Shown here: positions 8,491 to 17,347 of the stretch, one piece after another | How the letters are laid out: each line of letters starts with the position of its first letter | How positions within the stretch are numbered: the stretch's first letter is position 1 | Origin: an uncultured Anaerolineales bacterium | Lineage (GTDB): Bacteria > Chloroflexota > Anaerolineae > Epilineales > Epilineaceae | DNA: 36,976 bases | Assembly (NCBI GenBank): GCA_964475075.1 | Contig: CAYYVH010000002.1 | Coordinates: 1 to 36,976, forward strand | Direction of reading: 5' to 3' | Notes under the pieces: model-generated | Database searches by the model: none | What the model saw: only the letters and a program-made list of their open reading frames with translations | Told to the model about the DNA's origin: nothing | Program-made: the position numbers and the translations under genes

Positions 8491-9329
8491 GGGGCCCTCC
8501 GCATCTCTAGCTCAATCGTCCACAGGGCATAGCCGGAGAGCCGAACGCCCCGACTCGCGGCGCGCAGAGAGTCTCCGGTCAGACGGTAGGTGTAATAGGT
8601 CGCAGAGTCGGAGCGGTCAGGGTAGTACTGGAACGGGATCCCCGCCCCCGCCGCTGGCCCCCAGAACTGCGACAAAAACCACGTTGTGGTGGTCTGGCTC
8701 TGTCGCTGGAATTGGACACGGCGCCGTTGCCAGTTGCCCCCGTACAACGGGAACTCAGAGGCGCTGTCTTCCCACGGTGAGAAGCTATACACATCCCCCG
8801 ATCCATCGAGCGCGATCGCCTCGACCACCGTCCGCTCGAACGTCTCCTCGCTGTCCTGCGAGATCGTCAGGTCAGGGATGAAGGATCCAAAGACCGCCTG
8901 GTCGGACTCAAACGACGTGCCAGCTGCAGGGCTCGATGCGGCGATGATCCAACCCAGGTGATTCTGCCCATAATCCCCGATAGCCAAGGGGGTAAAGGCC
9001 GTGTCCACGCCGCCGCCCGTCAGGATGCTGGCAATCTCTGCTGCGGTGACCTTGGGGTAGAACGTCGCAGTCCCGCCGCTGCGGGTGATCGTCACCTTGC
9101 CCGTGGACACGTCCATCGATGCGCTGTAAGAGTTGGTCGCGCCCGACACGCCCGACTCTACGGTCATGACAGACGCGACGTGCTGCGCGAGCGCGAGGGG
9201 GTAGTAGTTGCCTGCCGTGAGCGTGCCAGATAGATCGAACGGTCCGGCCTCCCACCAATAGATCTGGTCATTGATCCCCGCTGTTACGACGATCTGGCAG
9301 TATAGCGCGGGAGGTGTTCTCAGTGACAT
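8487..9329 (-). CDS. Distal-tail-protein-position gene (Dit-like by synteny)
   Basis: 280 aa. It lies immediately downstream of the tape measure gene, with a GGGAGG Shine-Dalgarno. Confidence 0.5.
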   Translation of the reverse strand: MSLRTPPALYCQIVVTAGINDQIYWWEAGPFDLSGTLTAGNYYPLALAQHVASVMTVESGVSGATNSYSASMDVSTGKVTITRSGGTATFYPKVTAAEIASILTGGGVDTAFTPLAIGDYGQNHLGWIIAASSPAAGTSFESDQAVFGSFIPDLTISQDSEETFERTVVEAIALDGSGDVYSFSPWEDSASEFPLYGGNWQRRRVQFQRQSQTTTTWFLSQFWGPAAGAGIPFQYYPDRSDSATYYTYRLTGDSLRAASRGVRLSGYALWTIELEMRRAP

Positions 9330-9332
9330 CTG

Positions 9333-11783
9333 TTACCTCCCCGTCGCGCCGAGAGCGCGCTTGTTTCGATTCATGAAATTGCGCATCCATCGGGCTTTTT
9401 GCTGTTCGTCACCGAAGGTCAGCGCAGGGTCTCCGACGAAGATGATCGTCTGGGTGGGCTGCTGATTGCGCGTCGCCCTGGAGCCTGGGAGCCCCTGGCT
9501 GGGGCTGGACGTGCTCCCCGATCCGGTCGAGGTGGCGCCACTGGAGGGCTTCGCCGCGCTCGGTGCCACCAGCGATCCAGCCCCCTTGAGGAGACCGCCT
9601 ACAGCGGCGAGGCCAGCCGCTGCTGCGAGTAGTCCGATCCCGTTGGCTGCGCCGCCAATCGTCCACAAGAGGGCGACGCCTTGCGCTGCGAAGAAGGCTG
9701 CGAGCTTGAAGGCCAGGTCGCCGAACGCCGAGAGGATGTTTGCGCCGAGGCTGGCGAGCGCATCCTGTGGAGCCGTCAGCACGTCGCTGAAGAGCTGCCC
9801 GATCGTCTGAGTCATCCCTTGCGCCAGACTCGTCGTGGTGGCCACTCGCTGCTTCAGCCAGGCGTCCTGCTGCTGCGCCTGTAGCTTCGCCAGGTCGGTC
9901 TGTTTTTTCATCGTGTCAGAGAGCTGGATCTCTAGCGCCATCCGCTGCTTCAGTCCGTCCATGATCTGCATCTGAGCAGCCGCCTGAGCCTGGAGCGCGG
10001 TCTTCTTTTTTGGGTCTGACGTCGCTAGAGCGAGCTGTCTGTTCTGTTCGATTAGAGCCTGGATCGCGCGGATCTCGATAGACGTGGCTGAGGCCGCCGC
10101 TGCAGCTGCCGCCCCTGCGTTCTGCACTCGCCGCCCGCTGGCCTGAGCGATCTTGTCCTGGAGCGCTTTGCGCTGGTGGGCGAGGTCGAGCAGCTTCTTC
10201 TCTTGTTGGAGGCCTGCTGCGACCTTTGAGAACGACGCCTTGATCTTGGCGATCCGATCCTCTTCTCGGCCCCGCGCCACCGCGATCTTGACCTGCTCTC
10301 GCTGGAGGTCTCGCTGCTTTTTGAGCGCGAAGAAGATCCCACGAAGCTTCTTGATCTGGCTCTGAGCGAGTTTGTCCTGGCGTTGCGCTACGATCAGGAT
10401 GGCGCGCTTCACGATCTCCCGTGAAGCGGCGAGGGTTAGCTCCAGCTGGCGCGCCTTGACTCGGCCCTGGATCGTCGCTCGCTCTTCCTTCGAGGTCGCC
10501 AGCGACGCCGCGACCATGTCGCGCTGATCGGCGAACGTGGCGAGCAGTTTCTTTGCTGCAAAATCGCCCTTTTGAAGCTCCAGCCGCATCAGCTGGGCGC
10601 CCTTGCCCGAGCCTGTGATATTTCGCCCTAAGACCTTTGACAGCTCGTCGATCCTTGCGATCGAGCCGATCGTCTGAGAGAGGCCGCGGATCCCAAAACC
10701 AGCGAGGCTGGTCAGCGCCTCCCGCTGGAAGTTGCGGACCAGGCTGCGCGCTCGCGAGAGCCGGCCCTTGATCTCAGAGAGGGCCTCTTGCCTGGCGATA
10801 GCGCGGCGGGCTACTGCCTGCTCCGCCGCTATCTGTGCCGCAGTCCGCTTTTTGATTTCCTTCTTGGTAGCTGCGGTGATCTTCCGCTGAGTGCTCTTTG
10901 CCAGAAGCTCCGAGGCCCTCTGCATGTCCGCAAAGATCTTTGCCGCCGCGCGCGGCCCCTCCTTGATTGTCACAAAGATCGCAGCGACAAATTTCCCCAA
11001 CCCTTGGAACCCGGCCTTTGCGGCGTTGAAGACCTTGAGGAGAGCTGGGGCTAGGACATCTCTCGCATCGTCGGAGAGGCTCTTGATGTCTTTCTTGAAG
11101 ACCGTGAAGGGGTTGGCCTTCCCCACGTCACCGAGCTTGGCTTCTAATTTTCTCGCGTTCTCGGCGGATCCGAGGAGAGCCTGCATAACTGCGCGAGACC
11201 GCTGGGCGACCGTAAGGGTCGCCCCGCCGTGTGCGATGCTCGCCTTGGTGATGGCATTCTGAATGTCGAGGATAGACTTGTTTGTGTGGGCGATCTTGTT
11301 GATCACCCCCAGGTCGCGCTCCGTGATTTGGGCGCGCCTCACCCTCGCGAGGACAGAGTCTTTCTCCTCACCTGTGGCCGCTGCGATGATGTTTGCATAC
11401 CGGGCCGCTCTGGTGATGTCCTCCTCGGTGAATCCGAGCTGCCGGAGTTCTACCACATCGGCGAGTGCCTCGGCTGAGGAGCGCACGTCGTTGAGGATAT
11501 CGCGATAGCCTCTGGCGTTGTCGGCCTGGACCTGCCAGATGCGCGCGCGGCCGAGCAGATCGAACCGATCCTGTGCGAGTTGGAGGACTTTTTCGAGCGC
11601 CTGGAACGCTACGACAATCCCGCCGACTGCGCCCGCTGCTACAGCGGCAGCCTTCGCCATCGACTGCAGACGGCCTGCCCCGCCACCAAAAGCCTTGTCT
11701 GCCTTGTCCGCGACCTCGCCGAGCTTTTCTTCGGCAGGTCCGGTATCGAGGAGCAGCTTGAGGGTGAGATCTTCGACGGCCAT
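9333..11783 (-). CDS. Tail tape measure protein
   Basis: 816 aa and extremely rich in A/Q/K/L/R with long coiled-coil character. A hydrophobic, glycine-rich segment lies near the C-terminus (AAFFAAQGVALLWTIGGAANGIGLLAAAAGLAAVGG). It sits directly after the G/GT chaperone pair. Confidence 0.9.
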   Translation of the reverse strand: MAVEDLTLKLLLDTGPAEEKLGEVADKADKAFGGGAGRLQSMAKAAAVAAGAVGGIVVAFQALEKVLQLAQDRFDLLGRARIWQVQADNARGYRDILNDVRSSAEALADVVELRQLGFTEEDITRAARYANIIAAATGEEKDSVLARVRRAQITERDLGVINKIAHTNKSILDIQNAITKASIAHGGATLTVAQRSRAVMQALLGSAENARKLEAKLGDVGKANPFTVFKKDIKSLSDDARDVLAPALLKVFNAAKAGFQGLGKFVAAIFVTIKEGPRAAAKIFADMQRASELLAKSTQRKITAATKKEIKKRTAAQIAAEQAVARRAIARQEALSEIKGRLSRARSLVRNFQREALTSLAGFGIRGLSQTIGSIARIDELSKVLGRNITGSGKGAQLMRLELQKGDFAAKKLLATFADQRDMVAASLATSKEERATIQGRVKARQLELTLAASREIVKRAILIVAQRQDKLAQSQIKKLRGIFFALKKQRDLQREQVKIAVARGREEDRIAKIKASFSKVAAGLQQEKKLLDLAHQRKALQDKIAQASGRRVQNAGAAAAAAASATSIEIRAIQALIEQNRQLALATSDPKKKTALQAQAAAQMQIMDGLKQRMALEIQLSDTMKKQTDLAKLQAQQQDAWLKQRVATTTSLAQGMTQTIGQLFSDVLTAPQDALASLGANILSAFGDLAFKLAAFFAAQGVALLWTIGGAANGIGLLAAAAGLAAVGGLLKGAGSLVAPSAAKPSSGATSTGSGSTSSPSQGLPGSRATRNQQPTQTIIFVGDPALTFGDEQQKARWMRNFMNRNKRALGATGR

Positions 11784-12570
11784 TACTGCCCCCCGTCTGA
11801 AGGCTGAGACTGCTTAGAGTACCACGCCTCGGCCTCTTCGCTCAGCGCGCCGCAGATGCGCATCGCGACGCGGTAGGCCGCTGTCTCGCCGGAGATCCCA
11901 CGGGCGCGAGGGGTCACGCCTCTTCTGTGGGAGCCATACAGATCGAGCGCCGCCTCTGTGTATGGGGCTTTGATCAGGGCCAGTGGGCAGCGCATGGTCT
12001 CGACACCTCCAAGATCATAGACGAAACGATCACGAGCAGGGAGGGGGCTTTTCTCGTCACACCCCCAGGCATCTCTCAGGGCCTGACCGCCTGGCCCTCG
12101 ACACAGGCGGCAGTCGTTGCCGAGCTTGCGAACCTCCCGGATATAGGGCCAGAATGCTGCGGCCCTTAGTCCTTTCCCTCCACGTCGCTGACTGTGCTTT
12201 TCTCGATCAGGTACTCTCCGATCATCCCGATCTGTGGGGAGAGTGCGACCTGCGCGGCCTCCGTGAGTTGAAGAAGGCCCAGGCGATTCCGCTCGCGGAG
12301 CGGGTCACAGGGGGCAGGGTCCACAGCCTCCACACAGAGGGCGCCGAGCAGCTCATAGGCGCGCTCCATTTTGGCCGCGGCCTCGATGGTTCCGTCAGAG
12401 ATCCTGCCCTCCGACGCCTCTGAGATCTCATCCTGTGAGACCCCCGCGAGCGCCATCGAGGCGGCGATCTGTGCCTGGGTTGGGTGCCGGTAGGTGTACG
12501 CGACACCGCCGGCCTCTACGACGTTTGCAGCGCCCTCAAGGCGGGCGATCAATTCCATGCTTGGAGCCAT
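11783..12570 (-). CDS. Tail assembly chaperone frameshift fusion (gpGT-like, -1 programmed frameshift)
   Basis: I translated the -1 frame by hand. It is open from at least 12238 to the TAA at 11783-11785, which overlaps the tape measure ATG (TAATG). The track ORF 11783-11995 is the tail end of this frame. Confidence 0.75.
12166..12570 (-). CDS. Tail assembly chaperone (gpG-like, zero-frame product)
   Basis: 134 aa and acidic, between the major tail protein and the tape measure. The slippery heptamer lies 2 codons before its stop. Confidence 0.8.
   Translation of the reverse strand: MAPSMELIARLEGAANVVEAGGVAYTYRHPTQAQIAASMALAGVSQDEISEASEGRISDGTIEAAAKMERAYELLGALCVEAVDPAPCDPLRERNRLGLLQLTEAAQVALSPQIGMIGEYLIEKSTVSDVEGKD
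12172..12178 (-). promoter_or_regulatory. -1 ribosomal frameshift slippery heptamer G GGA AAG
   Basis: The minus strand reads GAG GGA AAG GAC TAA in the G frame. The heptamer GGGAAAG sits in X XXY YYZ register, identical to the phage lambda G/T slip site. Confidence 0.8.
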
Positions 12571-12579
12571 GGCTCTCTC

Positions 12580-14001
12580 CTAGAAGCGCACCAGTTGCGC
12601 CTTCTCAGGGTTGTTTGAATCGGTCTGGTCGTCACGAATGGCGAAGGTGGCATCGTAGTAGCGATGGCCCTCAACGTCCGTGGACTCAGCCGGGTCTTGG
12701 ATCTGTGCCTTGCCGCCGATTGCAATCGCGGCAGTGACAGCGTTTCCGACCTGCACCGTGGCCAGCGCGTGGGTGCCGTTGGCCTCCCATGTCTCTTTGG
12801 GGGCCAGGCTCTGATTGCGATACACGAGCTTGAGGGTCGAGTCTCGCGTGGTGATAAACTGCCGCTGGCTCGCCGACGTGTCGCGCAGCTGCTGGCGCCC
12901 GTGTCCGAGGGTGAACTCGAAGCTATTGAGCGCCAGGGCGGTCGAGTTGAAATTGCTGCTCCCTGCCACGAAGGGCAGGGTCTTCTTCGCCGTCTGCTCG
13001 AAGTCGAAGGTGAAGCTGTCCTGCATGTCCCAGGCTTCGCCGTCGAACTCACAGGATGCCTCGACGTTCTTCCCGAAAGTCCCGAACACTCCGAAGGAAC
13101 AGACACACCCCTGACACTCGACCAGCTGCACGTCCTGGAAATACAGGAACGTGTGGCTCTGGTGACCGGTGTCATCGGGCGTGAAGGTCTCGCCCATGAA
13201 GACCTCATCTGTAGGAGAGGGGGTGGCACTGAGCGCGGGAGAGATCGTCATGTAGTCGGTGTCAGCCGGGTCTACGTCATAGACCGCTATCACCTTCGCG
13301 GCCTCATTGTTGATCATGACCCAATCGCCCACAGACGGGAGGCTCCCCGCTGTGACGTTGACTGTCGTCGTGGAGTTGGCCGGGGATGTCCCGGCGTTGG
13401 CGATCACGAGCGTCCCAGCCGGGGCGCTGCGAGCGCCGAAGGCCCGGAGCAGGTGGGAATACACATCGAGGCGCGGGGTGTCGCCGTTGCCGTTCTCCTG
13501 GGTCAGGCCGGGAAGCTCGAATTTAAATGAGCCGGTGGCGGTCTTGAGGCCCTTGTTGGAACTCGGCATGTCAAGGGTTTGCCGCTCGAACTCTGCGCGG
13601 GGGAGGTTCTCGTAGCCCACAGAGACGGACACGTCGGAGGATTGGACCACGCCGAAGAGGATGAAGGTCTCGGTGCCAGCCGGGGCCGCAGCCATCGTCT
13701 CTCCCACGTTGAGGGTGACGACGCCCAGTGATATCGTCGTCAGGGCCAGCGGGTAGACCTTGCCCTGGAGCGCCGCCGTCGCGGTGTTCGAGTAAAAATA
13801 CACATAGAGATAATCGAAATCCCCATCAGCCATCGCGGCGAGGTTGTCGTTGTGCGTCGCCCCGCTGGTGGTGTCCACGAGGATCTTTGTGGTGGTGTTG
13901 ACACCGCCGTCTGCGGTCAGGTTCCAGTTGGCTGTCCCCTGCGTGACCTCGGGACAGAACACCAGGCCGCCGATTTTGGTTGGTTTGAACGCGTTACTCA
14001 T
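12580..14001 (-). CDS. Major tail (tube) protein, large form
   Basis: 473 aa and rich in T/S/G/A and beta structure. It lies immediately upstream of the G/GT chaperones. No separate sheath/tube gene pair is present, so a non-contractile tail is inferred. Confidence 0.65.
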   Translation of the reverse strand: MSNAFKPTKIGGLVFCPEVTQGTANWNLTADGGVNTTTKILVDTTSGATHNDNLAAMADGDFDYLYVYFYSNTATAALQGKVYPLALTTISLGVVTLNVGETMAAAPAGTETFILFGVVQSSDVSVSVGYENLPRAEFERQTLDMPSSNKGLKTATGSFKFELPGLTQENGNGDTPRLDVYSHLLRAFGARSAPAGTLVIANAGTSPANSTTTVNVTAGSLPSVGDWVMINNEAAKVIAVYDVDPADTDYMTISPALSATPSPTDEVFMGETFTPDDTGHQSHTFLYFQDVQLVECQGCVCSFGVFGTFGKNVEASCEFDGEAWDMQDSFTFDFEQTAKKTLPFVAGSSNFNSTALALNSFEFTLGHGRQQLRDTSASQRQFITTRDSTLKLVYRNQSLAPKETWEANGTHALATVQVGNAVTAAIAIGGKAQIQDPAESTDVEGHRYYDATFAIRDDQTDSNNPEKAQLVRF

Positions 14002-14155
14002 CGTCTATCTCCTCCGACTCATCGACGGTTTCAACGGGTTGTGACTCTTTTTGTGGAGCGGGTTGAGCGGGAGGCTTGGGCTGTTCTGCCTCGGCCTCTT
14101 GTCGCCGTCGCGCGGCCTCTGCCCGTCGCTCCATCTCACCGATCTGTTTGCTCAT
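13994..14155 (-). CDS. Unlisted small ORF (53 aa), highly charged protein
   Basis: Hand translation gives MSKQIGEMERRAEAARRRQEAEAEQPKPPAQPAPQKESQPVETVDESEEIDDE. Its ATG overlaps the upstream stop (ATGA at 14152-14155). Its TAA at 13994-13996 lies 8 nt inside the major tail gene. It fills an otherwise empty 150-nt gap and is below the ORF-track size cutoff. Confidence 0.55.
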   Translation of the reverse strand: MSKQIGEMERRAEAARRRQEAEAEQPKPPAQPAPQKESQPVETVDESEEIDDE

Positions 14156-14568
14156 GGTTCATCCCACCTTGCGTTGAAGCGGACGCCCCAGACGAGGCGT
14201 TTGTCTTGTGGTGACCGTGTGATTGTTGGAGCGTCCCACCCGTAGAGCTGGCGGGCGACCGCCGTCGTGGGATAAACGAGCGCCTCGAACACTGCGCGCG
14301 CTCGGCTCTCGACGGTCTGGCTCTGGGTCTCCACAGAGGTGCGGAGTTCGGTGCCCACCTCGATGCGGAGCTGCCCGCGCCATTGCGCGGGGGAGAGCGC
14401 CAGGTCGGGCCAGGGCTGCGCGCCGGTCTCGTTGATAATCAGATAACAGCCGTCGAAGTTGCCCCGACCTGCCGAGGCCAACGACCCATCACGCGGCTCT
14501 GCTGCCGCCGTGAGGCCAGCACCTTGAAGCGCCGAGTTGATGGCGGTGAGCAGCTGCGCGTAGGTCAT
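14152..14568 (-). CDS. Tail completion / tail terminator-position protein
   Basis: 138 aa. Size and position are right for this role: it lies upstream of the major tail gene (separated from it only by the unlisted 53-aa ORF 13994-14155) and downstream of the head-completion genes. Confidence 0.45.
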   Translation of the reverse strand: MTYAQLLTAINSALQGAGLTAAAEPRDGSLASAGRGNFDGCYLIINETGAQPWPDLALSPAQWRGQLRIEVGTELRTSVETQSQTVESRARAVFEALVYPTTAVARQLYGWDAPTITRSPQDKRLVWGVRFNARWDEP

Positions 14569-15317
14569 CGAAACACTCGAATCCCCGAGAGGTGCTGCTC
14601 CTCCGTGGGAGCCTCCACGATCCCGTCGTCGTCGGTGTCGATCAGCTGGCGGGACATGGCCGCCTCGAAGGCGCCCTGACCGAGCCGCTCAAACTGCTCG
14701 TGCTTGTAGACATCCTCCGAAAGCGCGGCGCCGTCGAAGGAATTGTTGAGGAAAAAGTCTGACAGCGTCCAGTACTCATGGGCGCGACTGAACGTCTCAG
14801 GCAGGAACAGATCGCCCGCGTGGCGGCCGGTCTTTTGCTCGACGAGCTGCGTGATGCGATCCCACGCGCGGGCTCGATACGCGGAGAAGTCGCTCTCCGT
14901 GCTCGGCAGCTGCGCCGTGAGATACGGGTGACGGGCTGTGAAATCGGTGTCGGTCAGCTGGCTGGCGAAGCGCCGCCGGACGACCTCGAAATACGTGTCC
15001 CGGAGGTACGCCGCCGTGTTGAGTGACCACCGCGCGCGGTAGTACTCGCGGGTGCCAGAGCGTTGGTCTGAGCTGTACTGATAGGATCGGGGAAACGTCG
15101 CCGTGGTCCACGTCCGGGTGTAGGTGGCTGTGTGCCCAGAGGTGGTGATACCTGTGGACGTGGCCGCGACGAGTTCCGCACCACCGGGAGAGTAGATCGT
15201 GATCGTGTGCGTCCCGCTCAGCGTGATCGCCGCCTGCGTGATCGGGTCAAGGAGACGCAGTAACAGCGAATCACTCTGACCCTGGACCACAACCTGCGGC
15301 ATAGACGCACTCGACAT
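14565..15317 (-). CDS. Head-tail joining region protein, unknown family
   Basis: 250 aa, with an ATGA overlap to the next gene. It lies between the capsid and tail modules. Confidence 0.45.
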   Translation of the reverse strand: MSSASMPQVVVQGQSDSLLLRLLDPITQAAITLSGTHTITIYSPGGAELVAATSTGITTSGHTATYTRTWTTATFPRSYQYSSDQRSGTREYYRARWSLNTAAYLRDTYFEVVRRRFASQLTDTDFTARHPYLTAQLPSTESDFSAYRARAWDRITQLVEQKTGRHAGDLFLPETFSRAHEYWTLSDFFLNNSFDGAALSEDVYKHEQFERLGQGAFEAAMSRQLIDTDDDGIVEAPTEEQHLSGIRVFR

Positions 15318-15320
15318 GAT

Positions 15321-15803
15321 CTATTTCCCCTTGGCTTTGCTGGCCTTGCTGCCCTTCTTGGCGGCGGCCTGCTCGGCGAACTCTTGGAGGGTGAGCAGCT
15401 TGAGCTTGCCCCGCTGCTCTAGGCTCTCTGCGTACGGTCCGTACTGGAGCAGCGCGTTGATTGCGGCGCGCGCGCTCAACTGCTCTGGTCCGGCGATCGT
15501 GATGTGCTCGCGGATGCCGAGGTACGTCCCATTCTCGATCATGACGGGCTTGCCCACAGGCGCGACGATAAAGGTTCTCCGGCTCTCTTTGATGTGCCGT
15601 TTGCGACAGCCGATCAAGAACGAGAGGGCCTCATATCGCCACTGTGGCGGGAGTTCGAGCGCTTCGTTGAGATCGAAGTCGTCGGACTTTTCCCACGCCT
15701 CCAACACCTCGCGGCGCTGGAGTTCGTCGCGTAGGGCGAGCCAGGCGCCACGAGCGCGTCCGTCAGATCGAGACAGAAATTCTTGGAGCAGAGAGTCTTG
15801 CAT
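15321..15803 (-). CDS. Head-tail joining region protein, unknown family (lysine-rich C-terminal tail)
   Basis: 160 aa ending AAAKKGSKASKAKGK, positioned by synteny only. Confidence 0.4.
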   Translation of the reverse strand: MQDSLLQEFLSRSDGRARGAWLALRDELQRREVLEAWEKSDDFDLNEALELPPQWRYEALSFLIGCRKRHIKESRRTFIVAPVGKPVMIENGTYLGIREHITIAGPEQLSARAAINALLQYGPYAESLEQRGKLKLLTLQEFAEQAAAKKGSKASKAKGK

Positions 15804-15852
15804 TGGTTCGCCTATCGCCCGTCAATCGGGCGGTTGGGGTTGTGGCCGAGGG

Positions 15853-16212
15853 TTACGCCTTGGACGCTTCCCACTTCAAGCGGAATGTGTGCCCGCTCAG
15901 GTCGGTGGTGCCTGCAGCCTCGGAGCCATCGGCCGGATCGTAGACGATCAGCTTCTTGTTGGCGTAGTCGTAGAGCGCCACGTAGTCGAGCACATTCGCC
16001 GTCTCCTTAGGGGTGCCGCTCGCGTCGCCGACCTGCTCACAGATCACGGAGTAGGGGTCGTTCCCCAAGCTCTCGTCGGTGGCCAGGTCGATCGCGAAGC
16101 CGCCCTGGACGTAAGACGCGGGGCCTACGGTGCTTGCGACGCCGCGCGCGATGCCGTCATTCTCGCCGCTGGCGAGGCTCTCGTTTGCTCTGAACACGGT
16201 TGTGGTTGCCAT
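15853..16212 (-). CDS. Small protein downstream of the major capsid gene (possible decoration or head accessory protein)
   Basis: 119 aa, with a GAGGAG Shine-Dalgarno before ATG 16212. It is the first gene after the capsid-gene terminator. Confidence 0.4.
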   Translation of the reverse strand: MATTTVFRANESLASGENDGIARGVASTVGPASYVQGGFAIDLATDESLGNDPYSVICEQVGDASGTPKETANVLDYVALYDYANKKLIVYDPADGSEAAGTTDLSGHTFRLKWEASKA

Positions 16213-16230
16213 GTCTCATCACTCCTCTGA

Positions 16231-16270
16231 AGAAAAAAGAAAAAGCGAAACACCCCGACTCATCGGGGTG
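16231..16270 (-). terminator. Rho-independent terminator/attenuator directly after the major capsid gene
   Basis: The minus-strand RNA reads CACCCCGA-UGAG-UCGGGGUG, an 8-bp GC-rich stem with a 4-nt loop. The U-rich tract UUUCGCUUUUUCUUUUUUCUUC follows. It lies in the 76-nt gap between 16289 and 16212. Confidence 0.8.
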
Positions 16271-16288
16271 CGTCAGGTCAATCGCTCA

Positions 16289-17332
16289 TCAGGGAGCGGT
16301 GGTGGCCAGGCCGGTGATCGCGCTCTGGTGGTACGGGCTGGTACAGCAGAGGTTGCCGTAGACTTTGAGCATCATGGCCTTCGAGTCCGTGCCGGTCTCG
16401 ACCTTCTCGAAGCCGATCGGGCTGCCCTCATACATCATCTCCTCGTCCTGGAGAGGAAGCTCGTCCTCTGGGCGGTGATCGAGGAATCGGAACTCCAGAT
16501 GGTCCGTGTTCACCATCCACACCTCGTCCGTCGGGACGGAGCGCATGTTGTAGATCGGGATGTCGAAGCCCGAATCGACGAAGCGCGGAGCGACGGATCC
16601 ACCCACGCCACCGGGGGCGAAGCGGATGTCGCCAGAATACAGCGTCATGTAGCGTTGGAGCTGCAGGGTGCTCATCCACAGTTCGCAGTTTGGTCCGATT
16701 GCGCCGCGATTGTCGGCGTTTCGGACCAAGGTTCGCAGCATCGTCTTGGTCAGCGTGGCTGCGCCGCCTGCCACGATGTTCGCCTGCCACAGCGGCTGTC
16801 CGCCCTGGGCGATCGTCGCGTAGGTGTTGCCGGTCGAGAGAAACGCCTTGAATCCGTCGATATCTTTGCCGCCGTTTCCGGTGCCGTCGGAGGCGAGCTG
16901 GTCGGCGATCGCGTCCATGATCGACTGGAGCGCATCCTTGATCTGGCTGGTCATGGCGGGGATCGCGTTGCGGGTGGCGGCGCCACCAGTGGCGAGGCGG
17001 ATCAGGTTGTCTGTCGCGACCATCTCGCCCACGCGTTTCCACCCGATCGAGGCGTCGTCATAGGTCGGCTGCGTGGCGACCGGATACGCGTCACCAGCGC
17101 CGAAGGATGCGGCGCTTTTGCCCGCGACCTTCAGGCCCCACTCGCGGACGTAGCGGTTGTTGCCATCAGCGCCGCCGATGAAGACTTTGCCAGCTCGTCG
17201 CAGTCGCCCAAGCAGCGAGCGCTCAGGCGCGAACGAGTTGCCTTCACCCTCGCGAACGACGAGGTCAACGAACAGTTTGCCATAATTCTCGTGGAGCAGA
17301 TCAGTAAGATCCGAAAATGCCATGTCAGCCAT
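16289..17332 (-). CDS. Major capsid protein
   Basis: 347 aa. It is preceded by a P/A-rich scaffold-like gene and followed by a strong terminator. An AGGAGA Shine-Dalgarno is present. It sits in a portal-MuF-MuG-scaffold-capsid gene order. Confidence 0.75.
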   Translation of the reverse strand: MADMAFSDLTDLLHENYGKLFVDLVVREGEGNSFAPERSLLGRLRRAGKVFIGGADGNNRYVREWGLKVAGKSAASFGAGDAYPVATQPTYDDASIGWKRVGEMVATDNLIRLATGGAATRNAIPAMTSQIKDALQSIMDAIADQLASDGTGNGGKDIDGFKAFLSTGNTYATIAQGGQPLWQANIVAGGAATLTKTMLRTLVRNADNRGAIGPNCELWMSTLQLQRYMTLYSGDIRFAPGGVGGSVAPRFVDSGFDIPIYNMRSVPTDEVWMVNTDHLEFRFLDHRPEDELPLQDEEMMYEGSPIGFEKVETGTDSKAMMLKVYGNLCCTSPYHQSAITGLATTAP

Positions 17333-17347
17333 GATGTTCTCCTGGGT

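Noticed and set aside
11783-11995. Stand-alone 70-aa gene between the chaperone and the tape measure
   Set aside because: Its reading frame is open far upstream of its first ATG, without a Shine-Dalgarno. It is the -1 frame of the chaperone gene downstream of a canonical slippery heptamer, so it is the T part of a G-T fusion.
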